A stretch of 64,000 bases of DNA from an uncultured Actinomycetota bacterium (GTDB lineage: Bacteria; Actinomycetota; Thermoleophilia; RBG-16-64-13): contig CAWCLH010000020.1 of the NCBI GenBank assembly GCA_963796315.1, forward strand, positions 1,121,879 to 1,185,878. Direction: 5' to 3'. Below are positions 24,617-33,340 of this stretch, piece by piece; position 1 is the first letter of the stretch; each line of letters begins with the position of its first letter. The notes below the pieces were generated by a model, which worked only from the letters and a program-made list of their open reading frames with translations, did not search any database and had not been told where the DNA came from. The position numbers and the translations under genes were made by a program.

Positions 24617-25131
24617 GAGTCATCCAACGCACGTCAGCTTGGATCGGGTGGGCGGCCATGCTCGCCGTCGGGGTACTGCTCATCCTCGAGGCCACAGGGC
24701 TGATCGATGGTGCCTGGCGTGAGAGCCTCGCCCGGGCCGCCCGTTGGGTCGCTCAGCCCTCCCTGGCCGCGTGGGCCGTCGCGCTGATCGGCCTCCTGAT
24801 CGGTCTCCTGGCGTTGGCGGTCCTGGTCGCCCAGTTCGTCCCGGCTCGCATGACCCGGCGGGCAACCGTGGTGGAGACGAGCTCAGCCGGCTCCACCGCA
24901 GTCCGGGCGGTCGTCGTCCGGCGCGCCGTGGGCCAACGCCTTCGAGAGATCGATGGCATCGTCGAGGCGGTGCCGGTAGCCGATGGGAGGCGCCTGTCTA
25001 TGCGCGCCCGTCTCGCCCCAAACACGGATGCGGTCCGCGTCGCCCATCAGGCCCGCGAAGCTCTGAACGAGGCCTTCTGGTCCTCTCTGGGACTGACTCC
25101 TCGTCCGGTCGACCTGATCCTCGTCTACTGA
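24613..25131 (+). CDS. AmaP/DUF6286-like membrane anchor protein
   Basis: 172 aa. N-terminal TM pair (WIGWAAMLAVGVLLILE, LAAWAVALIGLLIGLLALAVLVA) followed by a soluble domain. Typical partner in Asp23 operons. Confidence 0.5.
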   Translation: MRVIQRTSAWIGWAAMLAVGVLLILEATGLIDGAWRESLARAARWVAQPSLAAWAVALIGLLIGLLALAVLVAQFVPARMTRRATVVETSSAGSTAVRAVVVRRAVGQRLREIDGIVEAVPVADGRRLSMRARLAPNTDAVRVAHQAREALNEAFWSSLGLTPRPVDLILVY

Positions 25132-25166
25132 TCCGTCCGCGCGATCCCAAACCACCAGGAGTCGCC

Positions 25167-25343
25167 ATGACCCGCGCTAGCATCGGAGCCCTCATCGGAA
25201 TCGCTATCGCCGTTGTCTGGCAATGGCTGGGATGGCCCGCCGTGCTGTGGTCGGTCCTCTTCGGCCTGATCGGCTTCGGCGTCGGTTGGGTGATCGAGCA
25301 CCCGGAGGGTCTGATCGGCCTGCTCCGAAGACTCGAACGCTGA
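25167..25343 (+). CDS. DUF2273-like small membrane protein (58 aa)
   Basis: ATG 25167 follows AGGAG. MTRASIGALIGIAIAVVWQWLGWPAVLWSVLFGLIGFGVGWVIE. Confidence 0.55.
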   Translation: MTRASIGALIGIAIAVVWQWLGWPAVLWSVLFGLIGFGVGWVIEHPEGLIGLLRRLER

Positions 25344-25829
25344 GGGACGCACCAGGCGCCGGGGGGTTGGGTCGATCTTCCTTGACCATCTCTTTACCTC
25401 AATCCAACACCCGCTTCACGCCGGCCGAGGAAGATGAGCCACGTCAGGAGGCCCGTGAATCGAAAAGGAGGTACGGGTGAAGCGCTTCATGGTACCGCGC
25501 GTGGCCCACTGCAAGGACGGCTGCGTAGTCTGGTCCCGAGCATGACCTGAAACTGCTCGGTTGACGGCACCGGCCAGGCGAGCCCCTCTTTCCCTCGCCT
25601 GGCCGAGCCTCGGCCTCACCAGCGAGCGCAGGAACTCCCGCCCGAAGGCCTCGCTCGTCCTTCCCCACATATGTATTGCTCCGCCGGCCGGCCTCGTGCA
25701 CGGCGTAGGCCACCACCAAGGCTTTGCTGCCCTCCTACTCCCACCGCTCCACCGCGTCGTCGGGATGAATGTGCGTTTTGCCACGAATGGACTCGGGAAC
25801 ATACCAAGTTCAACCGTTGGAGGTGCGCC

Positions 25830-27257
25830 ATGCCTACCACGCACGTTACGGTCGCTCGTCTCGGCGGTGAGCGGAAGCTCTTGGGCTCCGGCTCGTTGGC
25901 CGCCTTGGAGCGGCGCTTAGAAGGCCGGCTTCTTCTCCCCGAGGACCCAGGGTGGTCGGACGCGATCGCCGTCTGGAACGGCATGGTCGCGTCGGCCCCG
26001 GCGCTGGTCGTTCAGCCCGCCACTGCGGCCGACGTGGCCGCGGTCGTCGATCTTGCCCGCCAAGAAGAACTCCTGCTGAGCGTCAAGGGCGGCGGCCATA
26101 ACATCGCCGGCACTTCGGTGGCCGACGGGGCGTTGACCCTGGACATGTCCCGGATGCGGGCCATCTCAGTCGATGCCGGACATCGGGTCGCTCAGGTCGG
26201 GCCCGGATCTCGGCTCGGTGACGTCGACAAAGCTACTCAGGAACACGGTCTGGCGACGGTCTTGGGGTTCGTTTCCGAGACCGGCGTGGCCGGACTGACA
26301 CTGGGCGGCGGCTGGGGCTACTTGACCCGCCGCTTTGGTTGGACGGTGGACAACCTCGAGGAAGTCGAGATCGTGACCGCCGACGGAGAGATCCATACGG
26401 CCAACCGCGAGGAAGACCCCGATCTGCACTGGGCGGTGCGTGGAGGCGGCGGCAACTTCGGCGTGGTGACCCGCTTCCAGTTTCGCCTTCACGAGGTGGG
26501 CCCGATGGTCACCGGCGGACTCATCGCCTGGAGCGCGGAGAGAACGGAGGAGGTTCTCGAGGAATACCGGGAGCTGACCGCGAGCGCTCCCCGGGAGCTG
26601 ACGGCGGCCCTCGTCATCCGCCTCGCGCCGCCGGCGCCCTTCGTGCCAAAGGAGTGGCACGGCAGGCCGATCGTCGGCATGCTGATCTGCTACAGCGGGG
26701 ACGATGCGGATTCGGCGCTCTCTCCGTCTACGAGGTCGGCGACCCCGTGGTGGACGTCGTCGCAACCGCGCCCCTACGCGGTGCAGCAATCGCTACTCGA
26801 CGGCACGGAGCCCGTCGGCCTGCACCGCTACTGGAAGACGGAGTTCCTCCCGGAACTGTCTGATGGTTTCCTCGATGCCTTCCGCGAAGGCGCACTCGAG
26901 GTGAAATCACCGCTGTCTGATTCGGTCATCTTCCACCTGGAAGGAGCCCTCAACGAGCGCCGGAGCGACGACGGGGCGGTCGATAACCGCGACGCCCATT
27001 TCATCGCCGGCTTCTCCGGCACATGGCCGCCGGACGCTCCCGCCGGACCCCACGTCGAATGGGTTCGCCGATCGTGGGAGGGCATCCGCGACTACTCGAC
27101 GGGCGGCAACTACGTGAACTTCCAAGCCGCAGACGACGACGCAGAGCGACTGCGGGCCGGCTACCGGGACAACTTCAGGCGGCTCCAGAAGATAAAGGCC
27201 AAATACGACCCGAAAAACCTGTTTCGGGTGAACCGAAACGTGAGCCCAGCTCGGTAG
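25830..27257 (+). CDS. FAD-linked oxidase (PCMH/BBE type)
   Basis: ATG 25830 follows GGAGGTG. Motifs SVKGGGHNIAG, GLTLGGGWGYLTR, and the BBE-like end KAKYDPKNLFRVNRNV. A short patch at 26715-26770 reads more family-like in another frame (VYEVGDPVVDVV). Confidence 0.8.
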   Translation: MPTTHVTVARLGGERKLLGSGSLAALERRLEGRLLLPEDPGWSDAIAVWNGMVASAPALVVQPATAADVAAVVDLARQEELLLSVKGGGHNIAGTSVADGALTLDMSRMRAISVDAGHRVAQVGPGSRLGDVDKATQEHGLATVLGFVSETGVAGLTLGGGWGYLTRRFGWTVDNLEEVEIVTADGEIHTANREEDPDLHWAVRGGGGNFGVVTRFQFRLHEVGPMVTGGLIAWSAERTEEVLEEYRELTASAPRELTAALVIRLAPPAPFVPKEWHGRPIVGMLICYSGDDADSALSPSTRSATPWWTSSQPRPYAVQQSLLDGTEPVGLHRYWKTEFLPELSDGFLDAFREGALEVKSPLSDSVIFHLEGALNERRSDDGAVDNRDAHFIAGFSGTWPPDAPAGPHVEWVRRSWEGIRDYSTGGNYVNFQAADDDAERLRAGYRDNFRRLQKIKAKYDPKNLFRVNRNVSPAR

Positions 27258-27284
27258 GAGTACTCAGAGGGGGGACGGACCGTC

Positions 27285-27782
27285 GTGAGCCAGTTCCTCG
27301 TCGGCATTTCCGGTGCCATCGTCGGCGTCGTCGGCTGGCTGCTCGTCGGGCTCTACATCCAGAGACGTGCCCATCTCACGAAGGCCCGAGACGCCGGTCG
27401 AGCCGTGTACTTCGAGTTGGCCGCCAATAGGATGACGATCTTCATAGCGGCGGAGTACGCAGTCTTCGGCGACCTTAGCCGCACGACCTACGAGCGTCTC
27501 CTGCCCGAGCTGGCCACTTGGCTGCCGGCCGCGGAACTGCAGGCGCTCGTCCTGGCCTATCTCGGGCATGGTGGCTATCAGCAGGCGTCGAGCGATCCCG
27601 AATTGCCGGCCAACGTGCGGCAGTCGGCCCTCTCGGGCTTACTGGATGCCCACCGCGTCGCCCTGGACCTGTTGCGCCCCCGAGTCTTCTCCGACAAGGA
27701 AGCCGAATCCCTGAATCGCTATGCGGGTGCGGAGTATGTTCGCATGATAGAGGTCGCGGAGGCGGTGGTACCCGAAAAGTGA
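27285..27782 (+). CDS. Hypothetical membrane-anchored protein
   Basis: 165-aa ORF with N-terminal TM LVGISGAIVGVVGWLLVGLYI. No family recognised. Confidence 0.5.
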   Translation: MSQFLVGISGAIVGVVGWLLVGLYIQRRAHLTKARDAGRAVYFELAANRMTIFIAAEYAVFGDLSRTTYERLLPELATWLPAAELQALVLAYLGHGGYQQASSDPELPANVRQSALSGLLDAHRVALDLLRPRVFSDKEAESLNRYAGAEYVRMIEVAEAVVPEK

Positions 27783-27786
27783 GGGG

Positions 27787-28755
27787 GTGGGGGTGAGCGA
27801 TGCCAAGAGCGCAAGCGGCCGGGACGCGGTCCTGCGCTTCTTCGAGATGCTGAATACGGGAGACACCGACCGCCTGGACGAGGTAGCCGACGAAGAGGTA
27901 AGCACCGTGCACCCGCAGACCCGGGAACGCATCTCCGGCCTGGAGGCCAACCTCGAGATGACCCGCGGCTTTCAGCAACTCGGGGGGATCGACATACGCG
28001 AGGAGCGGGAGTTCGTCGGCAGCGGCGGGGAACGCTACCTGCTCACGCCACTCTTCACCATGGTCAAGATCCAAGGCACCGGTGGCCCCTTGGTGGTCAC
28101 CACGAAGATAGGCTATCCGGACGGCTCTGAATGGTACACGACCGGCATCGTGACGTTCCGCCTAGGCAAGATGCTGAAACAGGTGCTCTTCTTTGCGCCG
28201 GAGTTGGAAGCGCCTGACTGGCGCGCCCAATGGGTGGAGACTCTCGAAGCTGAGACCGGTGTCAAGGTGGAGAAGTCCGATGAAGCCGGACCCAGCGGGC
28301 TGAGCCGAGCCGACCGCGACGTGGTAGTGCGCCTGTACGAGCTCATGGATGGGGGCGATTACGAACGTCTCGACGAAGTCTTCCGTACTGACGTCGTGAC
28401 CGAGTACCCACAGTCCGGCGAGCGGGTCAGGGGACTCGAGAACCTCAAGAGCATCATGCGGAACTATCCGGGAGGTCACCCTCGGGTGAGCAAAGCAGAA
28501 CGCGTCCTCGTGGGTGACCGAGGCGAGCATCGGCTGCCCACGACCACCGACTCGACGCTCAAGGTCCACGACGTCGGCGACCGGCTCTTCTCGAGCGTGA
28601 AGACCCGCTACCCCGATGGAAGCGACTGGTACACCGTCTCCCTCTTCGACTTCTCCGAGGGCAAGATCACGAAGCAGGTCGTCTACTTCGCCCCCGTTAT
28701 GCCGGCACCGGAGTGGCGGGCGCGCTGGGTCGTTCCGGAGATCGGCGAGTACTGA
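27787..28755 (+). CDS. Tandem NTF2/SnoaL-like domain protein
   Basis: 322 aa containing two ~150-aa repeats with matching landmarks: RLDEV..ERxxGLEN...YPDGSxWYT...GKxxKQVxxFAPxxxAPxWRAxWV. Confidence 0.5.
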   Translation: MGVSDAKSASGRDAVLRFFEMLNTGDTDRLDEVADEEVSTVHPQTRERISGLEANLEMTRGFQQLGGIDIREEREFVGSGGERYLLTPLFTMVKIQGTGGPLVVTTKIGYPDGSEWYTTGIVTFRLGKMLKQVLFFAPELEAPDWRAQWVETLEAETGVKVEKSDEAGPSGLSRADRDVVVRLYELMDGGDYERLDEVFRTDVVTEYPQSGERVRGLENLKSIMRNYPGGHPRVSKAERVLVGDRGEHRLPTTTDSTLKVHDVGDRLFSSVKTRYPDGSDWYTVSLFDFSEGKITKQVVYFAPVMPAPEWRARWVVPEIGEY

Positions 28756-28866
28756 GATCGCGCCCAGGAGGTAACCGTCCTCGTGGAGCCGTACGGCGAC
28801 CCGGCGGGCATCCTCCGCGTTCGGGGTCCTCGCGCCCCCAATCACAAGTGGCCCTCGCCCAGGCTA

Positions 28867-28883
28867 TACTACTGAACGTAGTA
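28867..28883. promoter_or_regulatory. BlaI-box-like dyad TACTAC-TGAAC-GTAGTA
   Basis: Perfect 6+6 inverted repeat, 112 bp upstream of the response-regulator start (28995). Confidence 0.55.
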
Positions 28884-28994
28884 ACAAGCGCCGGGCGAAG
28901 TACGAGAGGGGTGAGCGCGGGTGACGGACACGGCCACCCAGACGCGGCCCCGCCGTAGCTGAGAGCCCCGACCGCACTCGATCCGGAGCGACCC

Positions 28995-29702
28995 GTGACC
29001 TCCTCTCCCACCTTGCCACCGCACATCCTCGTCGCCGACGACGACGACAACCTTCGCCGGCTCGTGGCCGCGTACCTGCAGCGCGAAGGGTACCGGGTGA
29101 CCGAGGCGGCCGACGGGAACTCGGCCTACCAGCAGGCCGAGTCCGAGCACCCGGACCTGGTGGTCCTGGACGTCATGCTGCCGGGAGCCAGCGGTCTGCA
29201 GATCGCCCGCAAGCTGGGCGGACGCGTCCCTGTGCTCATGCTCACGGCCCTGGGAGAAGAGGGCGACGTGCTGACCGGGTTCGACGCCGGGGCCGACGAC
29301 TACCTGGTCAAGCCCTTCAACCCCAAGGAGCTGGTCGCGCGAGTGCGGGCCATCCTCCGTCGCTCCGGCGCCGATACCGCCGAAGCCGACGAGACCGAAC
29401 GCTCCCTGACCCGGGGCGGTCTGGCCCTCGATCCTCGTTGCCGGGAAGTCACCCTGCGCGGAGCCGTCCTCGAGCTGACCGCCAAGGAGTTCGAGCTTCT
29501 GCGGGCGCTGATGGAGCACCCCGGGTGGGTGTTCAGCCGGGACGAGCTGCTGGAATCGGTTTGGGGCTATCAGATAGCCGGCGAGACGCGGGTGGTGGAC
29601 ACGCACATCGCCAATCTGCGCAAGAAGATCGAGGACGACCCGGCCGAACCTCGCTACATCCGGACGGTCCGAGGCGTCGGGTACAAGTTTCAGGAACCAT
29701 GA
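28995..29702 (+). CDS. OmpR-family response regulator
   Basis: 235 aa with ILVADDDDNLRRL, DLVVLDVMLPG and winged-helix RYIRTVRGVGYKF. Confidence 0.9.
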   Translation: MTSSPTLPPHILVADDDDNLRRLVAAYLQREGYRVTEAADGNSAYQQAESEHPDLVVLDVMLPGASGLQIARKLGGRVPVLMLTALGEEGDVLTGFDAGADDYLVKPFNPKELVARVRAILRRSGADTAEADETERSLTRGGLALDPRCREVTLRGAVLELTAKEFELLRALMEHPGWVFSRDELLESVWGYQIAGETRVVDTHIANLRKKIEDDPAEPRYIRTVRGVGYKFQEP

Positions 29703-30782
29703 GACTTCGCTGGAAACTCTTCCTCACGTACCTCGCGGTGATCGCCGTCATCGTCGGGACCGTCGCGTTGCTGGTCCGAAGCGTGGCCGTAGGCGCGGTC
29801 ACCGGCCACATGGGCGGGTTGGGCGGGATGATGGGGTCCATGCACTCCGATCTGGAGCTCGCCATCGATCGCGGCGTCTCGCAGGCCCTGCTGGTCGCCG
29901 TCGTGGTCGCCGCGGTCGTCGCCGTGGGGGTGAGCTACGTGGTGTCCGGTTGGGTCACCAGGCCCATCCACCGCAGCGCGCAGGCCGCCAGGCGCATCGC
30001 CCGCGGAGAGTACGGGCAGCGGGTGACGGGGGGCTCGGCCGACGAGATCGGCGAGTTCATCGAGGCCTTCAACGAGATGGCCGGAGAGCTCGAGGCGGCG
30101 GAGCAACGGCGGGCGGAGTTGCTCGCCACCATCTCGCACGAGATCCGCACCCCTCTGGCCACCGTCCGCGGCTACATGGACGGTCTGCTCGACGGGGTGG
30201 TGCCGGCCGAGCCCGAGACGTACGTCCTGGTGCGCCGAGAAGCCGACCGCCTCACCCGGCTGGTGGGTGACATCGAGCGCCTCTCGCGCCTGGAGGCCCG
30301 GGCGGAGCCGCTCACCATCACGACCGTCGATATCGCCTCCGTCGCCGAGCAGGTGATCCGCGGGCTGCGGCCGCTGTTCGAGGAGAAAGGGCTGACCCTC
30401 GAGCTCGAGCAGACCTCACCCCGTCCCCTCGTCCAGGCGGATCCGGACAAGGTCATGCAGGTGCTGACCAACCTGCTGACCAACGCCCTGAAGTACACGG
30501 AGAGAGGCGGGGTGGCCATCAAGGTCGAGACGGACGGGCCCGGCTTCGTCCGCGTGACCGCCAGCGACACCGGCGTCGGCATCCCGCCCGACGACCTTCC
30601 CCACGTCTTCGAACGCTTCTACCGGGTGGACAAGTCCCGGTCGAGCGAAGGAGGCGGGGCCGGCATCGGGCTCGCCGTGGTCCGGTCCTTGGTCACCCAG
30701 ATGGGCGGGGAGGTAGCGAATCGACAGTGTGGTCGGCGAGGGGACCACCGCGACGTTCACCCTCCCCCGCAAGCAGGCGTAA
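29699..30782 (+). CDS. HAMP-domain sensor histidine kinase, frameshift near 30719
   Basis: ATG 29699 overlaps the regulator stop. H-box ISHEIRTPLATVRGY. LTNALKYT, DTGVGIPPDDLPHVFERFYRVD, GGAGIGLAVV. After MGGEVA the alternative frame gives IDSVVGEGTTATFTLPRKQA, ending at TAA 30780-30782. Confidence 0.8.
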
Positions 30783-30847
30783 GCCGCAGGCCGTCCACCA
30801 CTCCAGAGGCGACGTCGAACGACCACAGGGACGCGAACAGGAACGGA

Positions 30848-31372
30848 CTAGAGCGTCTGCAGGTACTGCACCAGCGCGCGGACTTCGCTGTCGGTCAGCT
30901 GCCAGAGCGGCATGGGAGCCTTGAGTCTGTCCCCCTCGGGATCGATACCGTCCCTGACCGCGCGAGCGAAGCTCGCTTCATCGAAGGGGGTCTGGGGCTT
31001 GCCCTCGGGGTCCCGAGGCGAGGCCAGAGTGCTCCAACGGATATCGGGCGCGGTGAAACGCCCCATCATCATGTTCACCGTCTGGCCCCGGCCGTCCCGG
31101 CCGTGGCAATCAGCGCAGGCGACGCCTCCGCCCATCATCCCCACCCCGGTGGAGCGTGGGATGGGTCTCCCACTCGCGTCCGTCCCTGTCAGGTAGATGC
31201 GTTCACCGAGTGACCCGTAGGTGCCTTGCCCCGGCGAATGCCAAGGGGAGAAACGGTACAGGGGCCCTCCCGTGGGCAGGGTGAGGGCCAGCAGCACACC
31301 CAAGGCCAGGACGCCGCCGACAATCAGGATGATCCCGGCCGTCAGTGGCCCCCGGCGTCGATAGATGGCCAT
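30848..31372 (-). CDS. Membrane-anchored mono-haem c-type cytochrome
   Basis: 174 aa with an N-terminal TM helix and haem motif CADCHG. Confidence 0.75.
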   Translation of the reverse strand: MAIYRRRGPLTAGIILIVGGVLALGVLLALTLPTGGPLYRFSPWHSPGQGTYGSLGERIYLTGTDASGRPIPRSTGVGMMGGGVACADCHGRDGRGQTVNMMMGRFTAPDIRWSTLASPRDPEGKPQTPFDEASFARAVRDGIDPEGDRLKAPMPLWQLTDSEVRALVQYLQTL

Positions 31373-31381
31373 AGCTCGTTC

Positions 31382-31663
31382 CTATCTCTCCTCCGTCAGG
31401 TCTTGCTTGCGCCGGAGGAACTCTTCCCGATCGATGTCGCCCTTGGCGTAGCGCTCCTCCAGTATCTGCAGCGCACTCGTGGTCGAGGGCGCGGTTGATC
31501 CGGACGATCCAGGGGCCATGGGGTGCGATTCTCCGGCCGATCCGCCACCGCCCCCGATGCCGCGAACCACCAACACCACCCCGACAACGATGGCGGCCAC
31601 GAACAGGAGCGCGAGCACCCAGATGAACACACTGCCCCCGCCACTGTTCCATCCGTCCATCAT
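31382..31663 (-). CDS. SHOCT-domain membrane protein
   Basis: ATG 31663 follows GGAGG. One TM (VFIWVLALLFVAAIVVGVVLVV) and the C-terminal SHOCT-like LQILEERYAKGDIDREEFLRRKQDL. Confidence 0.7.
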   Translation of the reverse strand: MMDGWNSGGGSVFIWVLALLFVAAIVVGVVLVVRGIGGGGGSAGESHPMAPGSSGSTAPSTTSALQILEERYAKGDIDREEFLRRKQDLTEER

Positions 31664-31928
31664 TTCGCCGCCTCCTTGATGGCGTGGCCTCCCGGACGTA
31701 GTGCCTCCCCCGAAAGCAGGTCGGCGCAAACTCGACGTCGAACCGCTCACGTCAGTCGGGTCGACGGCCGACCATCCGACCGAAGCAGTCTCCCAGCCCA
31801 ACGGGCAGCCCTTCACACCACGGACGCCCTGCTTTCTTTGCATGTTCTTCACCTCGCAGAGACACCAACCAGACGAGGACGCCGGAGAATGGTGGTGTCA
31901 GATACGCGACTACCAAGGAGACGACCAC

Positions 31929-32426
31929 GTGAACGACGGACTCAAGCGCGGAGCGGTGATCGCCGCGATAGGCGTTGTCGGCCTACTGGGCATAGCCGCC
32001 GTTACTTCCGGCCCCAACGCGGGCGCAACACCGATCACCAGCGCTGCGGTGGCGCCGTCTCGAGCACAGTCCGCGGAGCTCACCGCGAAGTCGACTGTCG
32101 AGACGACAGCGAGTCCCACGCAACCGGGAGCGACCGATAAGGAGCTGCGCCAGCAGATCGTGGACATGCTCCAAGAGCGCATGGGCCTGTCCGCCAAGGA
32201 GGCCGATCAGCAGGCCGACACGATGGTCCAGCACATGCGCGAGGTCCACGGTAACGAGGCCGGCCAAGTGGCGGCTGCGTGCGGCGATGGTGATGCTCTC
32301 CAGCAAGGCGGGCAGTCTTCGTACGAGGACATGATGGGCGGGGGCACGGGCTCCATGATGGGTTCGTCTACTGGCTCCGTGATGGGCGGCTCCGTCGGCT
32401 CGATGATGGGAAACGATTCGCTGTAG
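31929..32426 (+). CDS. Membrane-anchored protein with a Met/Gly-rich C-terminus
   Basis: In-frame GTG 31929 (the ORF is open from 31701). TM GAVIAAIGVVGLLGIAAV. C-terminus YEDMMGGGTGSMMGSSTGSVMGGSVGSMMGNDSL. Confidence 0.55.
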   Translation: MNDGLKRGAVIAAIGVVGLLGIAAVTSGPNAGATPITSAAVAPSRAQSAELTAKSTVETTASPTQPGATDKELRQQIVDMLQERMGLSAKEADQQADTMVQHMREVHGNEAGQVAAACGDGDALQQGGQSSYEDMMGGGTGSMMGSSTGSVMGGSVGSMMGNDSL

Positions 32427-32436
32427 TCCTCGATAG

Positions 32437-32727
32437 GTGAAGCCTGCCCGGCGAATGAAGAGCCGGGCAGGCTTCCCAGCGCCCCGTCATTGCGCGATCC
32501 GGCCGGGGCGCGGTCGTTTTCTGGGACTCTCGCGGATGTGCACCCACCTGGGCTGCGTCGTCAAGCGGGAGACCAAAGTCGAAGAGTTCCACTGTCCCTG
32601 CCACGCGGGCGTCTTCTCCTCCACCGGGGAGGTGCTGTCTGGTCCGCCGCTTCGCCCCCTACCCCGACTGAAGCTGAGCGTGGAGGGGAACGACATGTGG
32701 GCGGACGGCTGGCAGCCGACGGACTGA
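32437..32727 (+). CDS. Rieske [2Fe-2S] domain ORF (bc/b6f-type motifs), probably N-terminally truncated
   Basis: 96 aa with CTHLGC...CPCHAG. The first ~13 codons are encoded by the terminator-like hairpin, and there is no TM anchor or N-terminal beta strands. Confidence 0.45.
   Translation: MKPARRMKSRAGFPAPRHCAIRPGRGRFLGLSRMCTHLGCVVKRETKVEEFHCPCHAGVFSSTGEVLSGPPLRPLPRLKLSVEGNDMWADGWQPTD
32439..32475. terminator. Perfect 14-bp stem hairpin, no U tract
   Basis: GAAGCCTGCCCGGC-gaatgaaga-GCCGGGCAGGCTTC, starting 13 nt after the stop of the 31929..32426 gene. Confidence 0.5.
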
Positions 32728-32737
32728 CAGGCGTCGG

Positions 32738-33340
32738 CTAACGGGCGGCGGCAGCCAGAGCGACCAGGTCCTCAACGGTAGTGGCCCCGACCTTGGTCGT
32801 GACGATCCTGCCCTGAGCGTCGATCGCCACCGCGGTCGGCACCCCGCTCACGAAGTAGTCGCCGGCGATCGAGCCGGCGGGGTCTTGGAGGATAGGAAGG
32901 TGGTATCCGCCCTCGCGCATGAAGGCTTCCACGTCGGCGCGCGCATCCTGGATATCGATGAGAAGAAGCTGGGCGTCCTGCTTGTGCTCTCGATAGAACC
33001 TATCGAGTGCCGGGGTCTCCCCCCGGCAGGTGGGTCACCAGCTGGCCCAGAAGATCAACAGTAACGGTCTTCCCCGGTACACCTCGAGGGAGACCGGCTT
33101 GCCCTCGAAGGTGATGCCGCTGAAGGTGGGAGCCGCTCGCAGAGCCGAGACGGCCCCGTCACTCGAAGCCGCGCCCTCCTGCGTCCCCGCCGGCCGGCCC
33201 CGGCTCGTCGAGAACCAGAGGCCGAGAACGAGCACCAGCAGCAGGACGGCCGCCGTGATCGCCGCGGTCCCACGAGCGGACGACCGGGGAGCGGCGGTGG
33301 CTCCGTCGGCTTCGCGCTCGTCGCGACCGTCCTCCTGCAT
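32738..33340 (-). CDS. Second TlpA/ResA-like thioredoxin-fold protein with in-frame TGA (33035-33037): W-U-P-T-C
   Basis: ORFs 33035..33388 and 32738..32932 share a frame. Hand translation gives ...RPLLLIFWASW-TGA-PTCRGETPALDRFYREHKQDAQLLLIDIQ..GVPTAVAIDAQG. One TM anchor. ATG 33340 overlaps the ABC ATPase stop (TGATG). Confidence 0.8.
33009..33027 (-). promoter_or_regulatory. Candidate SECIS-like hairpin downstream of the UGA in the second TlpA-like gene
   Basis: mRNA GCCGGGG-GGAGA-CCCCGGC: perfect 7-bp stem with a 5-nt loop, starting 7 nt after the UGA. Confidence 0.5.
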
